This document shows, piece after piece, positions 25,498-34,299 of a DNA stretch of 64,000 nt. How positions within the stretch are numbered: position 1 is the first letter of the stretch; every line of letters begins with the position of its first letter. The notes beneath the pieces were generated by a model. It saw only the letters and a program-made list of their open reading frames with translations. It did not search any database and was not told the DNA's origin. Location of the stretch: positions 4,291 to 68,290 of the forward strand of contig DASUWV010000093.1 of the NCBI GenBank assembly GCA_036378275.1. The letters are read 5' to 3'. Both the position numbers and the translations under genes were made by a program. The stretch comes from Solirubrobacterales bacterium (GTDB taxonomy: Bacteria; Actinomycetota; Thermoleophilia; Solirubrobacterales; 70-9).

Positions 25498-27024
25498 GTG
25501 ACCGACCCGGCTTCGACCAGCTCCCAGATGATCGGCACCGTGCTGTCCGGCCGCTACAAGCTGGAGGCGAAGCTCGGCAGCGGGGGGATGTCGACGGTCT
25601 ACCTGGCCCGGGACACGACGCTGGACCGGTCGGTGGCGGTGAAGGTGATGCACCGGGAGATGTCCGAGCAGGCCGACCAGCTCGAGCGCTTCCGCCAGGA
25701 GGCGCGGGCGGTGGCGAAGCTCTCTCACCCCAACGTCGTCGCCGTGATCGACGCCGGCGAGGACGGCGGCCACCCCTACATCGTCTTCGAGTACGTCGAA
25801 GGGGAGACGCTGAAGCAGCGGATCAACCGCGTCGGCGCGCTGGACGCGCAGGAGGCGCTCGCCTACGCGATCGAGATCGCCCGCGGCCTCACCGTCGCCC
25901 ACGGGCGCAACATGGTCCACCGCGACATCAAGCCGCAGAACGTGCTGATCGACTCCGAGGGGCGGGCGAAGCTGACTGACTTCGGGATCTCGCGCCAGCT
26001 CGAGCAGGACGGGATGACGGCGACCGGCCGCGTCCTCGGCACCACCGACTACGTCGCCCCCGAGCAGGCGATGGGCCACCCGGTCGACCAGCGCTCCGAC
26101 GTCTACTCGCTCGGCGTCGTCCTCTACGAGATGCTGGTGGGGCAGGTCCCGTTCAGCGCCGACAGCCAGGTCGGGGTGGCGATGAAACACGTCAACGAGG
26201 AGCTGCCCGACGTCCAGCAGCGGCGGCCCGAGCTCTCCGCCGCGGCGGCGATGGTGGTCGAGCGCGCCACCGCCAAGGACCCCGCCGACCGCTACCAGGA
26301 GGTCGGCGAGATGATCGACGACCTCGCGACCGCGCTCGAGGTCGAGGCGGCGCGGGCTGGGGCGGCGACCGGCGAGGCGACGAGCGTGCTGGAAGCGGTG
26401 GCGCCGGCCGAACGCAAGCTCTCCAGCGGCGACCGCTGGTCGCGGGTCGCGGTGGTGCTGCTGATCCTCGTCTTCGCCGCGGCGATCGCCGCCGTGATCC
26501 TGATCAGCAGCGGCCACGGGCCCGGCGGCGGGGGCGGCGCCCTCAACGGCAAGGGGAGCCAGGTGGCGATCTCCTCCGCCTCCGACTACGACCCGCAGGG
26601 CGACGGCGAAGAGGACCCGGAAACGATCAGCCTCGCGGTCGACGGCAACCCGACCGGCACCGCCTGGAGCAGCGAGCACTACGACACCGAGACCTTCGCC
26701 GGCACCAAGACCGGCCCCGACCCGGGTGTCGGCCTCTACGTCACGGCGAAGTCGGCCGCGAGTCCGAGCGAGATGATCATCCGCACCCCGACCCCGGGCT
26801 GGGACGCGCAGATCTTCGCCACCGCCTCCGGGCCGCCGGAAGAGCTCTCGGGCTGGGGCGAACCGATCGGCGAGGTCAGCGACGCCGGCGACTTGGAGGA
26901 AGTCGAACTCCACCTTGCCTCGCCGGCCAGGTACTTCCTGATCTGGTTCAACAAGGCGGCCTCGGCCCGCGACCAGGAAGGCCGCTACCAGGTCGAAATC
27001 AGCGACGTGAAGCTGGTCGAATGA
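25498..27024 (+). CDS. Ser/Thr protein kinase with one TM helix and an extracellular C-terminal domain
   Basis: GSGGMSTVY, VAVKVM, HRDIKPQNVLI, DFGIS and APEQ motifs, then the TM helix VAVVLLILVFAAAIAAVILI. The start is taken at GTG 25498; ATG 25528 is also possible. Confidence 0.85.
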   Translation: MTDPASTSSQMIGTVLSGRYKLEAKLGSGGMSTVYLARDTTLDRSVAVKVMHREMSEQADQLERFRQEARAVAKLSHPNVVAVIDAGEDGGHPYIVFEYVEGETLKQRINRVGALDAQEALAYAIEIARGLTVAHGRNMVHRDIKPQNVLIDSEGRAKLTDFGISRQLEQDGMTATGRVLGTTDYVAPEQAMGHPVDQRSDVYSLGVVLYEMLVGQVPFSADSQVGVAMKHVNEELPDVQQRRPELSAAAAMVVERATAKDPADRYQEVGEMIDDLATALEVEAARAGAATGEATSVLEAVAPAERKLSSGDRWSRVAVVLLILVFAAAIAAVILISSGHGPGGGGGALNGKGSQVAISSASDYDPQGDGEEDPETISLAVDGNPTGTAWSSEHYDTETFAGTKTGPDPGVGLYVTAKSAASPSEMIIRTPTPGWDAQIFATASGPPEELSGWGEPIGEVSDAGDLEEVELHLASPARYFLIWFNKAASARDQEGRYQVEISDVKLVE

Positions 27025-27097
27025 GGCGCGGGGGAGGCGGGTAGGAAGTGACCGTCTTCACAAAACGGTTGCATCGATCCGTGTAAGGATTTGCCCA

Positions 27098-28195
27098 ATG
27101 GCAGAGCGTGGCGCCATCCCGAAAGTGCCAAAGGCGCGCCAGCGCGCCCTCCATGCCGTGCGCTCGCTGTTCACGCCGCTGCTGCCGGACGACTACCTCG
27201 AACTGATCAACCCGCTGTGGTCGACGCAGGAGCTGCGCGGCCGGATCGAGCGGATCGTCCGCGAGACGCCCGACGCCGCCACCGTCCTGATCCGGCCCGG
27301 CTACGAGTGGGAGGGGCACCGGGCCGGGCAGTACCTGCGGATCGGCGTCGTCGTCGACGGCGTCCACCACTGGCGCGCCTACTCGCTGACCACCGACCCC
27401 GGCCGGCCCGACGGGCTGATCGGGATCACCCCGAAGCTGGTCGAGGCCGGCAAGGTCTCGCCCTACCTGGTGCACGGGGCGCGGCCGGGCGACATCGTCC
27501 GCCTCGGCGGCGTCGAAGGCACCTTCGTCCTCCCCGACCCGCCGCCGCGACGGCTCCTCTTCATCAGCGCCGGCAGCGGCATCACCCCGATCATGAGCAT
27601 GCTCCGCAGCCTCGACCGGGACGGCGCGCTCGAGGACGTCGTCCACGTCCACTCCTCGCGGACTGCCGAGGGCGTGATCTTCGGCGAGCAGCTTCGCGAC
27701 CTCGACGCCCGCTGCGGCGGCTACCAGCCGCACCTCCGCATCACCGGCAAATCCGGGCGCTTCGCGCCGCCCGAGCTCGACCGGCTGTGTCCGGACTGGC
27801 GCGAGCGCCACGCCTTCGTCTCCGGCCCCGGCGAGATGCTCGACGCGCTGAAGGCTCACTGGCAAGAGGAGGGCGACCCGGAGCTGCTGGAGATGGAGCG
27901 CTTCCAGCCGGTGATCGGCGGCGACGCCGTCGCCGGGGAGGGCGGGACCGTCCGCTTCCTCTCCAGCAGGCTCGAGGCCGAGTGCGGGGGCGGCACGCCG
28001 ATCCTCGTCGCCGGCGAGGAAGCGGGGGCCGAGCTGCCGTTCGGCTGCCGGATGGGGATCTGCCACACCTGCATCGGCCGGCTCTGCGCCGGCGAGGTGA
28101 GGGACCTGCGGACCGGCGAGGTCCACGGGCAGGAGGGGGAAATGGTGCGCACCTGCGTCAACGCCCCGGAAGGAGACGTCGCAATTGCCCTCTGA
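27098..28195 (+). CDS. Ferredoxin-NAD(P) reductase-type oxidoreductase with a C-terminal 2Fe-2S domain (desaturase partner)
   Basis: FAD/NAD-binding motifs (RAYSLT, FISAGSGITP) and C-terminal CRMGICHTCIGRLCAGEV. Overlaps the start of the desaturase gene by 11 nt. Confidence 0.8.
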   Translation: MAERGAIPKVPKARQRALHAVRSLFTPLLPDDYLELINPLWSTQELRGRIERIVRETPDAATVLIRPGYEWEGHRAGQYLRIGVVVDGVHHWRAYSLTTDPGRPDGLIGITPKLVEAGKVSPYLVHGARPGDIVRLGGVEGTFVLPDPPPRRLLFISAGSGITPIMSMLRSLDRDGALEDVVHVHSSRTAEGVIFGEQLRDLDARCGGYQPHLRITGKSGRFAPPELDRLCPDWRERHAFVSGPGEMLDALKAHWQEEGDPELLEMERFQPVIGGDAVAGEGGTVRFLSSRLEAECGGGTPILVAGEEAGAELPFGCRMGICHTCIGRLCAGEVRDLRTGEVHGQEGEMVRTCVNAPEGDVAIAL

Positions 28196-29450
28196 GACGA
28201 TCGAGAAGAGCCCGCTCGCCGGGCTCTCGGACGAGCAGCTCGAGCAGCTCGCCGCCGAGTTCGACGCGATCCGCGACCGGGTCATGGCCGACCTCGGGAC
28301 TCGCGACCGCCGCTACATCGAGAGCATGATCGAGATGCAGCGGCGGCTGGCCGTGCTCGGCCGCGTGCTGCTGCTCTTCTCGCGCAACCGCGGCGCCTGG
28401 ACGGCGGGGACGGCGGCGCTGTCGGCGGCGAAGATCCTGGAGAACATGGAGATCGGCCACAACGTCATGCACGGCCAGTGGGACTGGATGAACGACCCCC
28501 GCATCCACTCCTCGACCTGGGACTGGGACACCGCCTCGACCGCCGAGGCCTGGAAGCACTCCCACAACTACGTCCACCACACCTACACCAACATCCGTGG
28601 CAAGGACAAGGACCTCGGCTACGAGATCATGCGCATCGACCCCCACCAGCGCTGGCACCCGGTCTACCTCCTGCAGCCCTTCTACAACCTGGTCCTGATG
28701 GCGCTGTTCGAGTGGGGCGTCGCCTTCCACGACCTCGACTTCGAGGCGATCCGGACCGGCCGCAAGTCGAGGTCGCAGCTGAAGCGGGAGCTGAAGGGGA
28801 TCGCCGGCAAGGCCAAGGACCAGGTCGTCAAGGACTACATCGCCTGGCCCCTGGTCAGCGCCCTGGCAGCAGCGGCCGTGGACGCGGCGGTGGAGTCGCG
28901 GCGGCGCAAGCGCCCGCGCGGGATCCTCGGCCGGGTGCGGAGGCGCAAGCGGCAGGGCCGCTGGGCCCCGGTGGTGGAAGCCGCGCTGAACAGCGGCAGC
29001 AGGACCTTCCGCCAGACCGCCAAGGCCGACGCCACCGCCAACGTCGTCCGCAACGTCTGGGCCTACGCGATCATCTTCTGCGGCCACTTCCCCGACCAGA
29101 CCTACACCTTCTCCCCCCGCGAGGTCGAAAACGAGAGCCGCGGCGGCTGGTACATCCGCCAGCTCACCGGCTCGGCCAACATCGAGGGCAGCCCCCTCTT
29201 CCACGTCGCCAGCGGCAACCTCGGCTACCAGGTCGAGCACCACCTCTTCCCCGACATGCCGAGCACCCGCTACGCCGAGATCGCCCCGCAGGTCAAAGAC
29301 ATCTGCGAACGCTACGGCCTCCCCTACAACAGCGGCCCCTTCATGCAACAGCTGGGCATGGTCCAGCGGACCATCCTCCGCCTCGCCTTCCCCGGCGGCC
29401 GGCCGCGGCCGAAGCCGGGGGCGTACCGCGGTAACAACGGCGCGGGCTGA
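28185..29450 (+). CDS. Membrane fatty-acid (acyl-CoA) desaturase, DesA3-like
   Basis: Histidine boxes HNVMHGQW, HSHNYVHH and QVEHHLFP. Paired with a reductase, as for M. tuberculosis DesA3/Rv3230c. Confidence 0.85.
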   Translation: MPSETIEKSPLAGLSDEQLEQLAAEFDAIRDRVMADLGTRDRRYIESMIEMQRRLAVLGRVLLLFSRNRGAWTAGTAALSAAKILENMEIGHNVMHGQWDWMNDPRIHSSTWDWDTASTAEAWKHSHNYVHHTYTNIRGKDKDLGYEIMRIDPHQRWHPVYLLQPFYNLVLMALFEWGVAFHDLDFEAIRTGRKSRSQLKRELKGIAGKAKDQVVKDYIAWPLVSALAAAAVDAAVESRRRKRPRGILGRVRRRKRQGRWAPVVEAALNSGSRTFRQTAKADATANVVRNVWAYAIIFCGHFPDQTYTFSPREVENESRGGWYIRQLTGSANIEGSPLFHVASGNLGYQVEHHLFPDMPSTRYAEIAPQVKDICERYGLPYNSGPFMQQLGMVQRTILRLAFPGGRPRPKPGAYRGNNGAG

Positions 29451-29551
29451 TCCCAGTTCAACCGAGGGTGACTAGGCCAATCTTCATTGTTCGGCTTCTG
29501 CCCCGGGGAAAACGCTCGTGGGTCCGACAGGGCCAGGGCGGATTCCGTAGG

Positions 29552-29785
29552 TCAGCGGTCTTCTTCGGCCGGGATTAGCTCGGCTTCACGCAGCCACCGC
29601 AGGTGGTACGCGACCTGGGCCTTGGTGATTCGCACTCCGAAGTTCTCGGTCAGCTCGTCAATCAAGTCATCAGGCGCCAGCGACCGCCCGCGGTCCTGTT
29701 CGTACAGTTCCAAAATCCGAGCCCGCATCGGGGCTCGGCGGGCCTGCTCCCGTTTCAGCTTGCGGCGCTCCCCGTCCGTCGGCAT
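29552..29785 (-). CDS. Small winged-helix DNA-binding protein (77 aa from the internal ATG; the ORF extends to 29860)
   Basis: RARILELYEQDRGRSLAPDDLIDELTENFGVRITKAQVAYHLRWLREAELI is ArsR/wHTH-like. It lies in a lower-GC segment. Confidence 0.4.
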   Translation of the reverse strand: MPTDGERRKLKREQARRAPMRARILELYEQDRGRSLAPDDLIDELTENFGVRITKAQVAYHLRWLREAELIPAEEDR

Positions 29786-30076
29786 CAAGCGGCAAGGTAC
29801 CCGCGGGTTTACGGAATGTGCACTCAGTGCTGAATGAGTTTTGGCGGCGGAACCCCCCACGCAACAGAGCAGTTCCGCCGCACCTTCACTGCTCAGCCGT
29901 TCTTAGTTATGGCCTGCGGCAGTGCGTGCGTCTGCGCGAGTTTCATGCCTCCTCACCCCCTCTCCCTCCTCTGTGTGAAGCGAGCCGAGCAAGCATGGCT
30001 CATTGCTAAAAACGTCGTCAGCAATGAAGAGACTGTCCGTGCTGGACAGGGTTAAAACGTGGAGTACTCCCTAGTA

Positions 30077-30100
30077 TTTCAGTGCTCAAAAGCACTGAAA
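30077..30100. promoter_or_regulatory. Perfect 10-bp inverted repeat (TTTCAGTGCT-caaa-AGCACTGAAA), candidate operator or RBS-proximal hairpin
   Basis: It ends 10 nt upstream of the GTG at 30111. A 10-bp palindrome GGAGTACTCC lies at 30061..30070. Confidence 0.4.
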
Positions 30101-30110
30101 GGGGACAAAG

Positions 30111-30746
30111 GTGGGCAAGCAGCCGAGCGAGGAGTCAGCCGACAACGCGGAGGGGCAGCCCTGGGAACCTGACTACATCAGTGGCGAGATGGCCAAAGCG
30201 ATCGGGCACCCAACGCGTGCGCTGATCCTTGCCGAAGTGAATCGGCGCATCATGAGCCCGGCCAAGTTCGCCAAGAAGCACGACCTCGACGTTTCCCTGG
30301 TCAGCTACCACTTCCGGGTGCTGGAGAAATACGAATGCTTGGAACTGGTCGCCGTAAAACCGGTGCGCGGGGCAAACGAGCACTTCTACAAGGCGATCCG
30401 GCGCACCCTGTTCGACGGCAAGGTCTGGGACAACCTGCCCGAGACGGTGAAGAACAAAGCCAGCGGCCAGACCCTGACCCATCTGCTCGAAGCCATCGCA
30501 CAGGCGATGCTTGCGGAGACGTTTGACGAGCGCAACGACCGCGCTCTGGCCTGGGACAAGGCGACGCTTGACGAGGAGGGCTGGTCGAAGGTCGCGGCGA
30601 TCCACAAGCAGGCGATCTACGAGACGATGCATGCAGCCGAGGAAGCCCAAGCCCGGCTAGAAGTATCGGGCGATGAGGGCATTCAGGCCTCCTGGGCCTT
30701 CCTGTTCTTCAAGTCGCCGTTTGATGAGCCGGACGAGGACGCGTAG
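30111..30746 (+). CDS. ArsR-like winged-helix transcriptional regulator with a C-terminal extension (211 aa)
   Basis: IGHPTRALILAEVNRRIMSPAKFAKKHDLDVSLVSYHFRVLEKYECLELV. Confidence 0.65.
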   Translation: MGKQPSEESADNAEGQPWEPDYISGEMAKAIGHPTRALILAEVNRRIMSPAKFAKKHDLDVSLVSYHFRVLEKYECLELVAVKPVRGANEHFYKAIRRTLFDGKVWDNLPETVKNKASGQTLTHLLEAIAQAMLAETFDERNDRALAWDKATLDEEGWSKVAAIHKQAIYETMHAAEEAQARLEVSGDEGIQASWAFLFFKSPFDEPDEDA

Positions 30747-30825
30747 CGCCCTCCTGTCCTGCGGCGGTCCACGGCTTCATCCTGGTGGAGCCTTCTGCGT
30801 GGATCGGCTTCGCCGAGCCGGCGTC

Positions 30826-31296
30826 TCAGATCTCGCGCTCGTAGAAGAGCATCGAGGGGCCGTCGGGCGAGCCTTCACGGTTGGTGAAGCCCATGCTCTC
30901 GTAGAGGCCGCGGGCGGCGGTGTCGGTCTCGCCGGTGTTGAGGTCGATGCCGTCGGCGCCGCGCTCGCGGGCGAGTGCGATCGTCGCCTCCATCAGGGCG
31001 CGGCCGATTCCCTGGCCGCGCAGCGGCGGGACCACGTAGAGCTCCTGCAGATGGGCTTCGAGGCCGGGGCTCCAGATCGCCGGACGGAAGCGCAGTAGCG
31101 CCAGCCCGTCCGGTCCCTCCCCCGCCAGGAGAACGGTGATCTCCTCCTCCGCGAACAGGCGGCGCAGGGTGCCGGCCAGGGTCTCGACCGGCGGCGTCGG
31201 TTCGTCGTACTCGCGGTTGAAGTCATTCAGCAGGCGGGCGATGGCGTCGGCGTCCGCCGGTCCGGCTTGGCGAACCTGTATCTCTCGGTCGTCCAT
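30826..31296 (-). CDS. GNAT family N-acetyltransferase
   Basis: VRQAGPADADAIARLLNDF and LYVVPPLRGQGIGRALMEATIALARERGADGIDLNT. Confidence 0.8.
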   Translation of the reverse strand: MDDREIQVRQAGPADADAIARLLNDFNREYDEPTPPVETLAGTLRRLFAEEEITVLLAGEGPDGLALLRFRPAIWSPGLEAHLQELYVVPPLRGQGIGRALMEATIALARERGADGIDLNTGETDTAARGLYESMGFTNREGSPDGPSMLFYEREI

Positions 31297-32209
31297 GTCC
31301 TCAGTCTCCCTCCCCGACGAAGTCCGCGGCGCCTGCGCCTGGGTGATGGAGCGGGCGCGCTGGGTGCGGGTGGACGAGGAGGCGGTCGAGGCCTACGCGG
31401 GCGGGCTGCCGCCGGCAGGCAACGATGAGGAGGCGCCCTTCGCCGGCGCCGATGCCGAAACCGCCGCCGCCTTCGCGATCTGCATGAACGCGATCAACTT
31501 CGGCTCCGGCTGGTGGCCGACGATCCGCAAGCGCCCGGGCCTGAGCGGCTACGCGACTATGGCTGCCGGGGTGAGCGACCGCTTCACCGCCTCGGGACCC
31601 TGGAGCGCCGTGGAGCTGCTGGCGATCGACGCCGAGGCGATCGCCAGTGTCCTCGGCCAGGACCCGGGCCATCCGCTGATGACCCGGCTCGCGGCCGCCC
31701 TGCGCGACGTCGGCGGTCACATCCGGCGCGAGCACGAGGGCCGCTTCCGTGGTCCCGCGGAGAGCGCCGACTCGATCCCCGCCCTCGCCGCGACCTTCGC
31801 CGCTTGGGACTCCTTCGCCGACGCCTCCACCTACGCGCGCCGTGCCGTCCCCTTCTTCAAGCGCGCCCAGCTCGCCGCCGCCGACCTCCATCGCGCCGGG
31901 GTTGCCGCTCTCCCCGGCGCCGAGCACCTGACCGCCTTCGCCGACAACCTCGTACCCCACGTCCTCCGCGTCGACGGCGTCCTCCGGCTCGACCCCGACC
32001 TCACCGCCCGCATCGAAGCCGGCGAGCTGCTCGAGCACGGCTCGCCCGAGGAGGTCGAGCTCCGCGCCGGCGCCGTCCACGCGGTCGAGCTGCTCGCCGC
32101 CAGCTCCGCCTTCAGCCCGGCCGAGATCGACAGCGCCCTCTGGAACCGCGGGCGCGGGCGCCGCTACAAGTCGCTGCCGCGACCGCGCTCGCGCAACACC
32201 GCCTACTGA
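31295..32209 (+). CDS. Queuosine-salvage family protein (DUF2419 / QNG1-like)
   Basis: VRGACAWVMERARWVRVDEEAV and FAICMNAINFGSGWWPTIRKRPGLSGYATMAAG resemble the DUF2419 family (assigned from memory). The start is taken at ATG 31295. Confidence 0.55.
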   Translation: MSSVSLPDEVRGACAWVMERARWVRVDEEAVEAYAGGLPPAGNDEEAPFAGADAETAAAFAICMNAINFGSGWWPTIRKRPGLSGYATMAAGVSDRFTASGPWSAVELLAIDAEAIASVLGQDPGHPLMTRLAAALRDVGGHIRREHEGRFRGPAESADSIPALAATFAAWDSFADASTYARRAVPFFKRAQLAAADLHRAGVAALPGAEHLTAFADNLVPHVLRVDGVLRLDPDLTARIEAGELLEHGSPEEVELRAGAVHAVELLAASSAFSPAEIDSALWNRGRGRRYKSLPRPRSRNTAY

Positions 32210-32218
32210 GGCACCGGC

Positions 32219-33229
32219 TCAGAACGGCACCGGCGACCAGAGCGTCTCGTGGAGCCGGCGCAGCGAATCGGAGACCAGCGCCTCCTCGCCGCCGACCAGG
32301 ACCTTGTCGTCGCGGCCGTCGAGGATCACCGGGATCCAGGTGGCGACCTTGCCGCGGCCCCAGCCGTCCGGGTCCGCCGGCGCCTCGGCGCAGCTTTGGA
32401 CTTTGCCGTCGCCCTCGACCTCCGCCCAGACCTCTTCGCCCTCGGACCCCGCAGCGTCGTCCTCGCTCAGCACGCTGAGACGGAGGCACTTGCCCCGGTG
32501 CTCGGGCAGGCCCGCCAGCGGCAGGGCGACGCGCAGCACCGTCGCCATTTCGGCCGCGGTCATCCCTTCTTCGTCCTCGGCGACGACGTGATGGTGGCGC
32601 CAGCGGGCGATGCCGGCGAGCAGCCCCATCTTGCGGCGGGTTTTCTCCGTCAGGCCGTAGCAGCGGCGGCGGCCCGGGCCCTGCCACTCGCTCAGCAGGC
32701 CGCTGGTCTTGAACAGGCCGGCGCGGCGGTTGACCTGGTGGTAGCTGAGGCCGTGGGGGCCCCGCGCCAGGTCGGTCGGCGATTTGCCCTCGCAGGCGAG
32801 GTCCTCGACCATCCCCGCCTCCCAGAGGTCGGCGAGCAGGCCCAGCGAGGCCCAGGCGTGGGCGTCGATGCGGCCGTCGGGGAGCCTGGTCAGGGAGGCG
32901 TCGGCGAAGCGGTTGACCAGTTCGTAGAGCTCGGTCCCGCAGGGGTCGGAGAGCCGGTGGACGACCTTCGAGGGGACGCCCGGTTCCTCCTCGCGCTCGA
33001 TCACTTCCAGTTCGGCCAGCTTGCCGGCGTAGCGGTAGATCGTCCGCGGCGCGTAGCCGGGAACCGCCTCGGTCAGGCTCTTCGTCCGCAGCGGCCCTTC
33101 GCCCAGGGCCATCAGGATCGCCCCCGTCGCCCCGGCGCTCAGCAGGCGCAGGACGTCGGCGGTCGAGGCGCCGGCGACGCACTCCTCCTCGCCAAGGGCA
33201 GGCTCGATGTCAGGTAGTCCCGTCGCCAT
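32219..33229 (-). CDS. Tandem winged-helix (HxlR-like) transcriptional regulator with a C-terminal SCP2-like region (336 aa)
   Basis: Two wHTH-like repeats (GATGAILMALGEGPLRTKSLTEAV...VVHRLS and LSYHQVNRRAGLFKTSGLLSE...CYGLT). It is a paralog of the partial gene at 1..446. Confidence 0.55.
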   Translation of the reverse strand: MATGLPDIEPALGEEECVAGASTADVLRLLSAGATGAILMALGEGPLRTKSLTEAVPGYAPRTIYRYAGKLAELEVIEREEEPGVPSKVVHRLSDPCGTELYELVNRFADASLTRLPDGRIDAHAWASLGLLADLWEAGMVEDLACEGKSPTDLARGPHGLSYHQVNRRAGLFKTSGLLSEWQGPGRRRCYGLTEKTRRKMGLLAGIARWRHHHVVAEDEEGMTAAEMATVLRVALPLAGLPEHRGKCLRLSVLSEDDAAGSEGEEVWAEVEGDGKVQSCAEAPADPDGWGRGKVATWIPVILDGRDDKVLVGGEEALVSDSLRRLHETLWSPVPF

Positions 33230-33333
33230 GTCTCCTCACGCGCAGAGCGCAGCCGAAGTCGTCGCCTTTCGCAGTGGCTGGTGCTCACTCGGTACCCGGT
33301 GGTCAAGCGCATCAAAACTTCTTGACGAAAGAT

Positions 33334-34299
33334 TTAGAACTCGAACGAGCGCGACTGCCGGTGCCGCTCGACCGCAAGCTGCACCAGCCGGTCGCAGAGC
33401 TGCGGGTAGCCGGTCCCGGTCGCCTCCCAGAGCTTGGCGTAGACGCTGGTGTCGGTGAAGCCGGGCATGGTGTTGATCTCGTTGACGAGGACCGAGCCGT
33501 CGGGCTCGACGAAGAAGTCGCAGCGGGCGAGGCCGGAGCAGCCGGCGAGGGCGAAGACCGAGATGGCGAGCTCGCGGACCCGCTCGACCGCCTCCTCCCC
33601 GATCGGGGCGGGGACGCGCAGCTCCATCCCGCCCTCCGTGTACTTGGCCTCGAAGTCGTACCAGACCCCCTGGGCGACGATCTCGCCCGGCAGCGAGGCC
33701 TGCGGCTCGGCGTTGCCGAGGACCGAGCACTCGACCTCGCGCCCGGCCGCCGAGGCCTCGACGATCACCCGCGGGTCGTGGCGCAGCGCTAGCTCGACGG
33801 CCGCGTCGAGCTTCGCCATCTCGGTGACGCGGCTGATGCCGACGCTCGAGCCCATCCGCGAGGGCTTGACCCAGAGGGGCAGCCCCATCTGCTCGCAGCG
33901 CCCCCACCAGTCGCTTCCCTCGACCGCGGTGAAGTCCACCTGCGGCACGCCGTGGGCGGCGAAGAGGCGCTTCAGCGTCAGCTTGTCCATGCAGATCGCC
34001 GAGGCGAGGACATCGGAGCCGACGTAGGGCACGTCGAGCCACTCGAGCAGGCCCTGGATGCTGCCGTCCTCGCCGAAGGCGCCGTGCAGGGCCGGGAAGA
34101 CGGCGTCGACCCCGAGCAGGCCGCCGCCGGGGACGAGGGCGACCGGGCCGCCGGGCGCCCGCCAGCCGCCGTCGCGGCCGATCGTCACCTCGATCGCCTC
34201 GTGGCCCGCCTCGCGCAGGCCGAGCGCGACCGCGGCGCCGGAGCGCAGCGAGACCTCGTGCTCGGAGGAGCGCCCCCCGGCGAGGACCGCGACCCTCAC
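33334..34299 (-). CDS. ddl: D-alanine--D-alanine ligase
   Basis: MRVAVLAGGRSSEHEVSL, HGAFGEDGSIQGLLE, KPSRMGSSVGI and EINTMPGFT. The GTG start overlaps the pknB stop (GTGA). Confidence 0.9.
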   Translation of the reverse strand: MRVAVLAGGRSSEHEVSLRSGAAVALGLREAGHEAIEVTIGRDGGWRAPGGPVALVPGGGLLGVDAVFPALHGAFGEDGSIQGLLEWLDVPYVGSDVLASAICMDKLTLKRLFAAHGVPQVDFTAVEGSDWWGRCEQMGLPLWVKPSRMGSSVGISRVTEMAKLDAAVELALRHDPRVIVEASAAGREVECSVLGNAEPQASLPGEIVAQGVWYDFEAKYTEGGMELRVPAPIGEEAVERVRELAISVFALAGCSGLARCDFFVEPDGSVLVNEINTMPGFTDTSVYAKLWEATGTGYPQLCDRLVQLAVERHRQSRSFEF

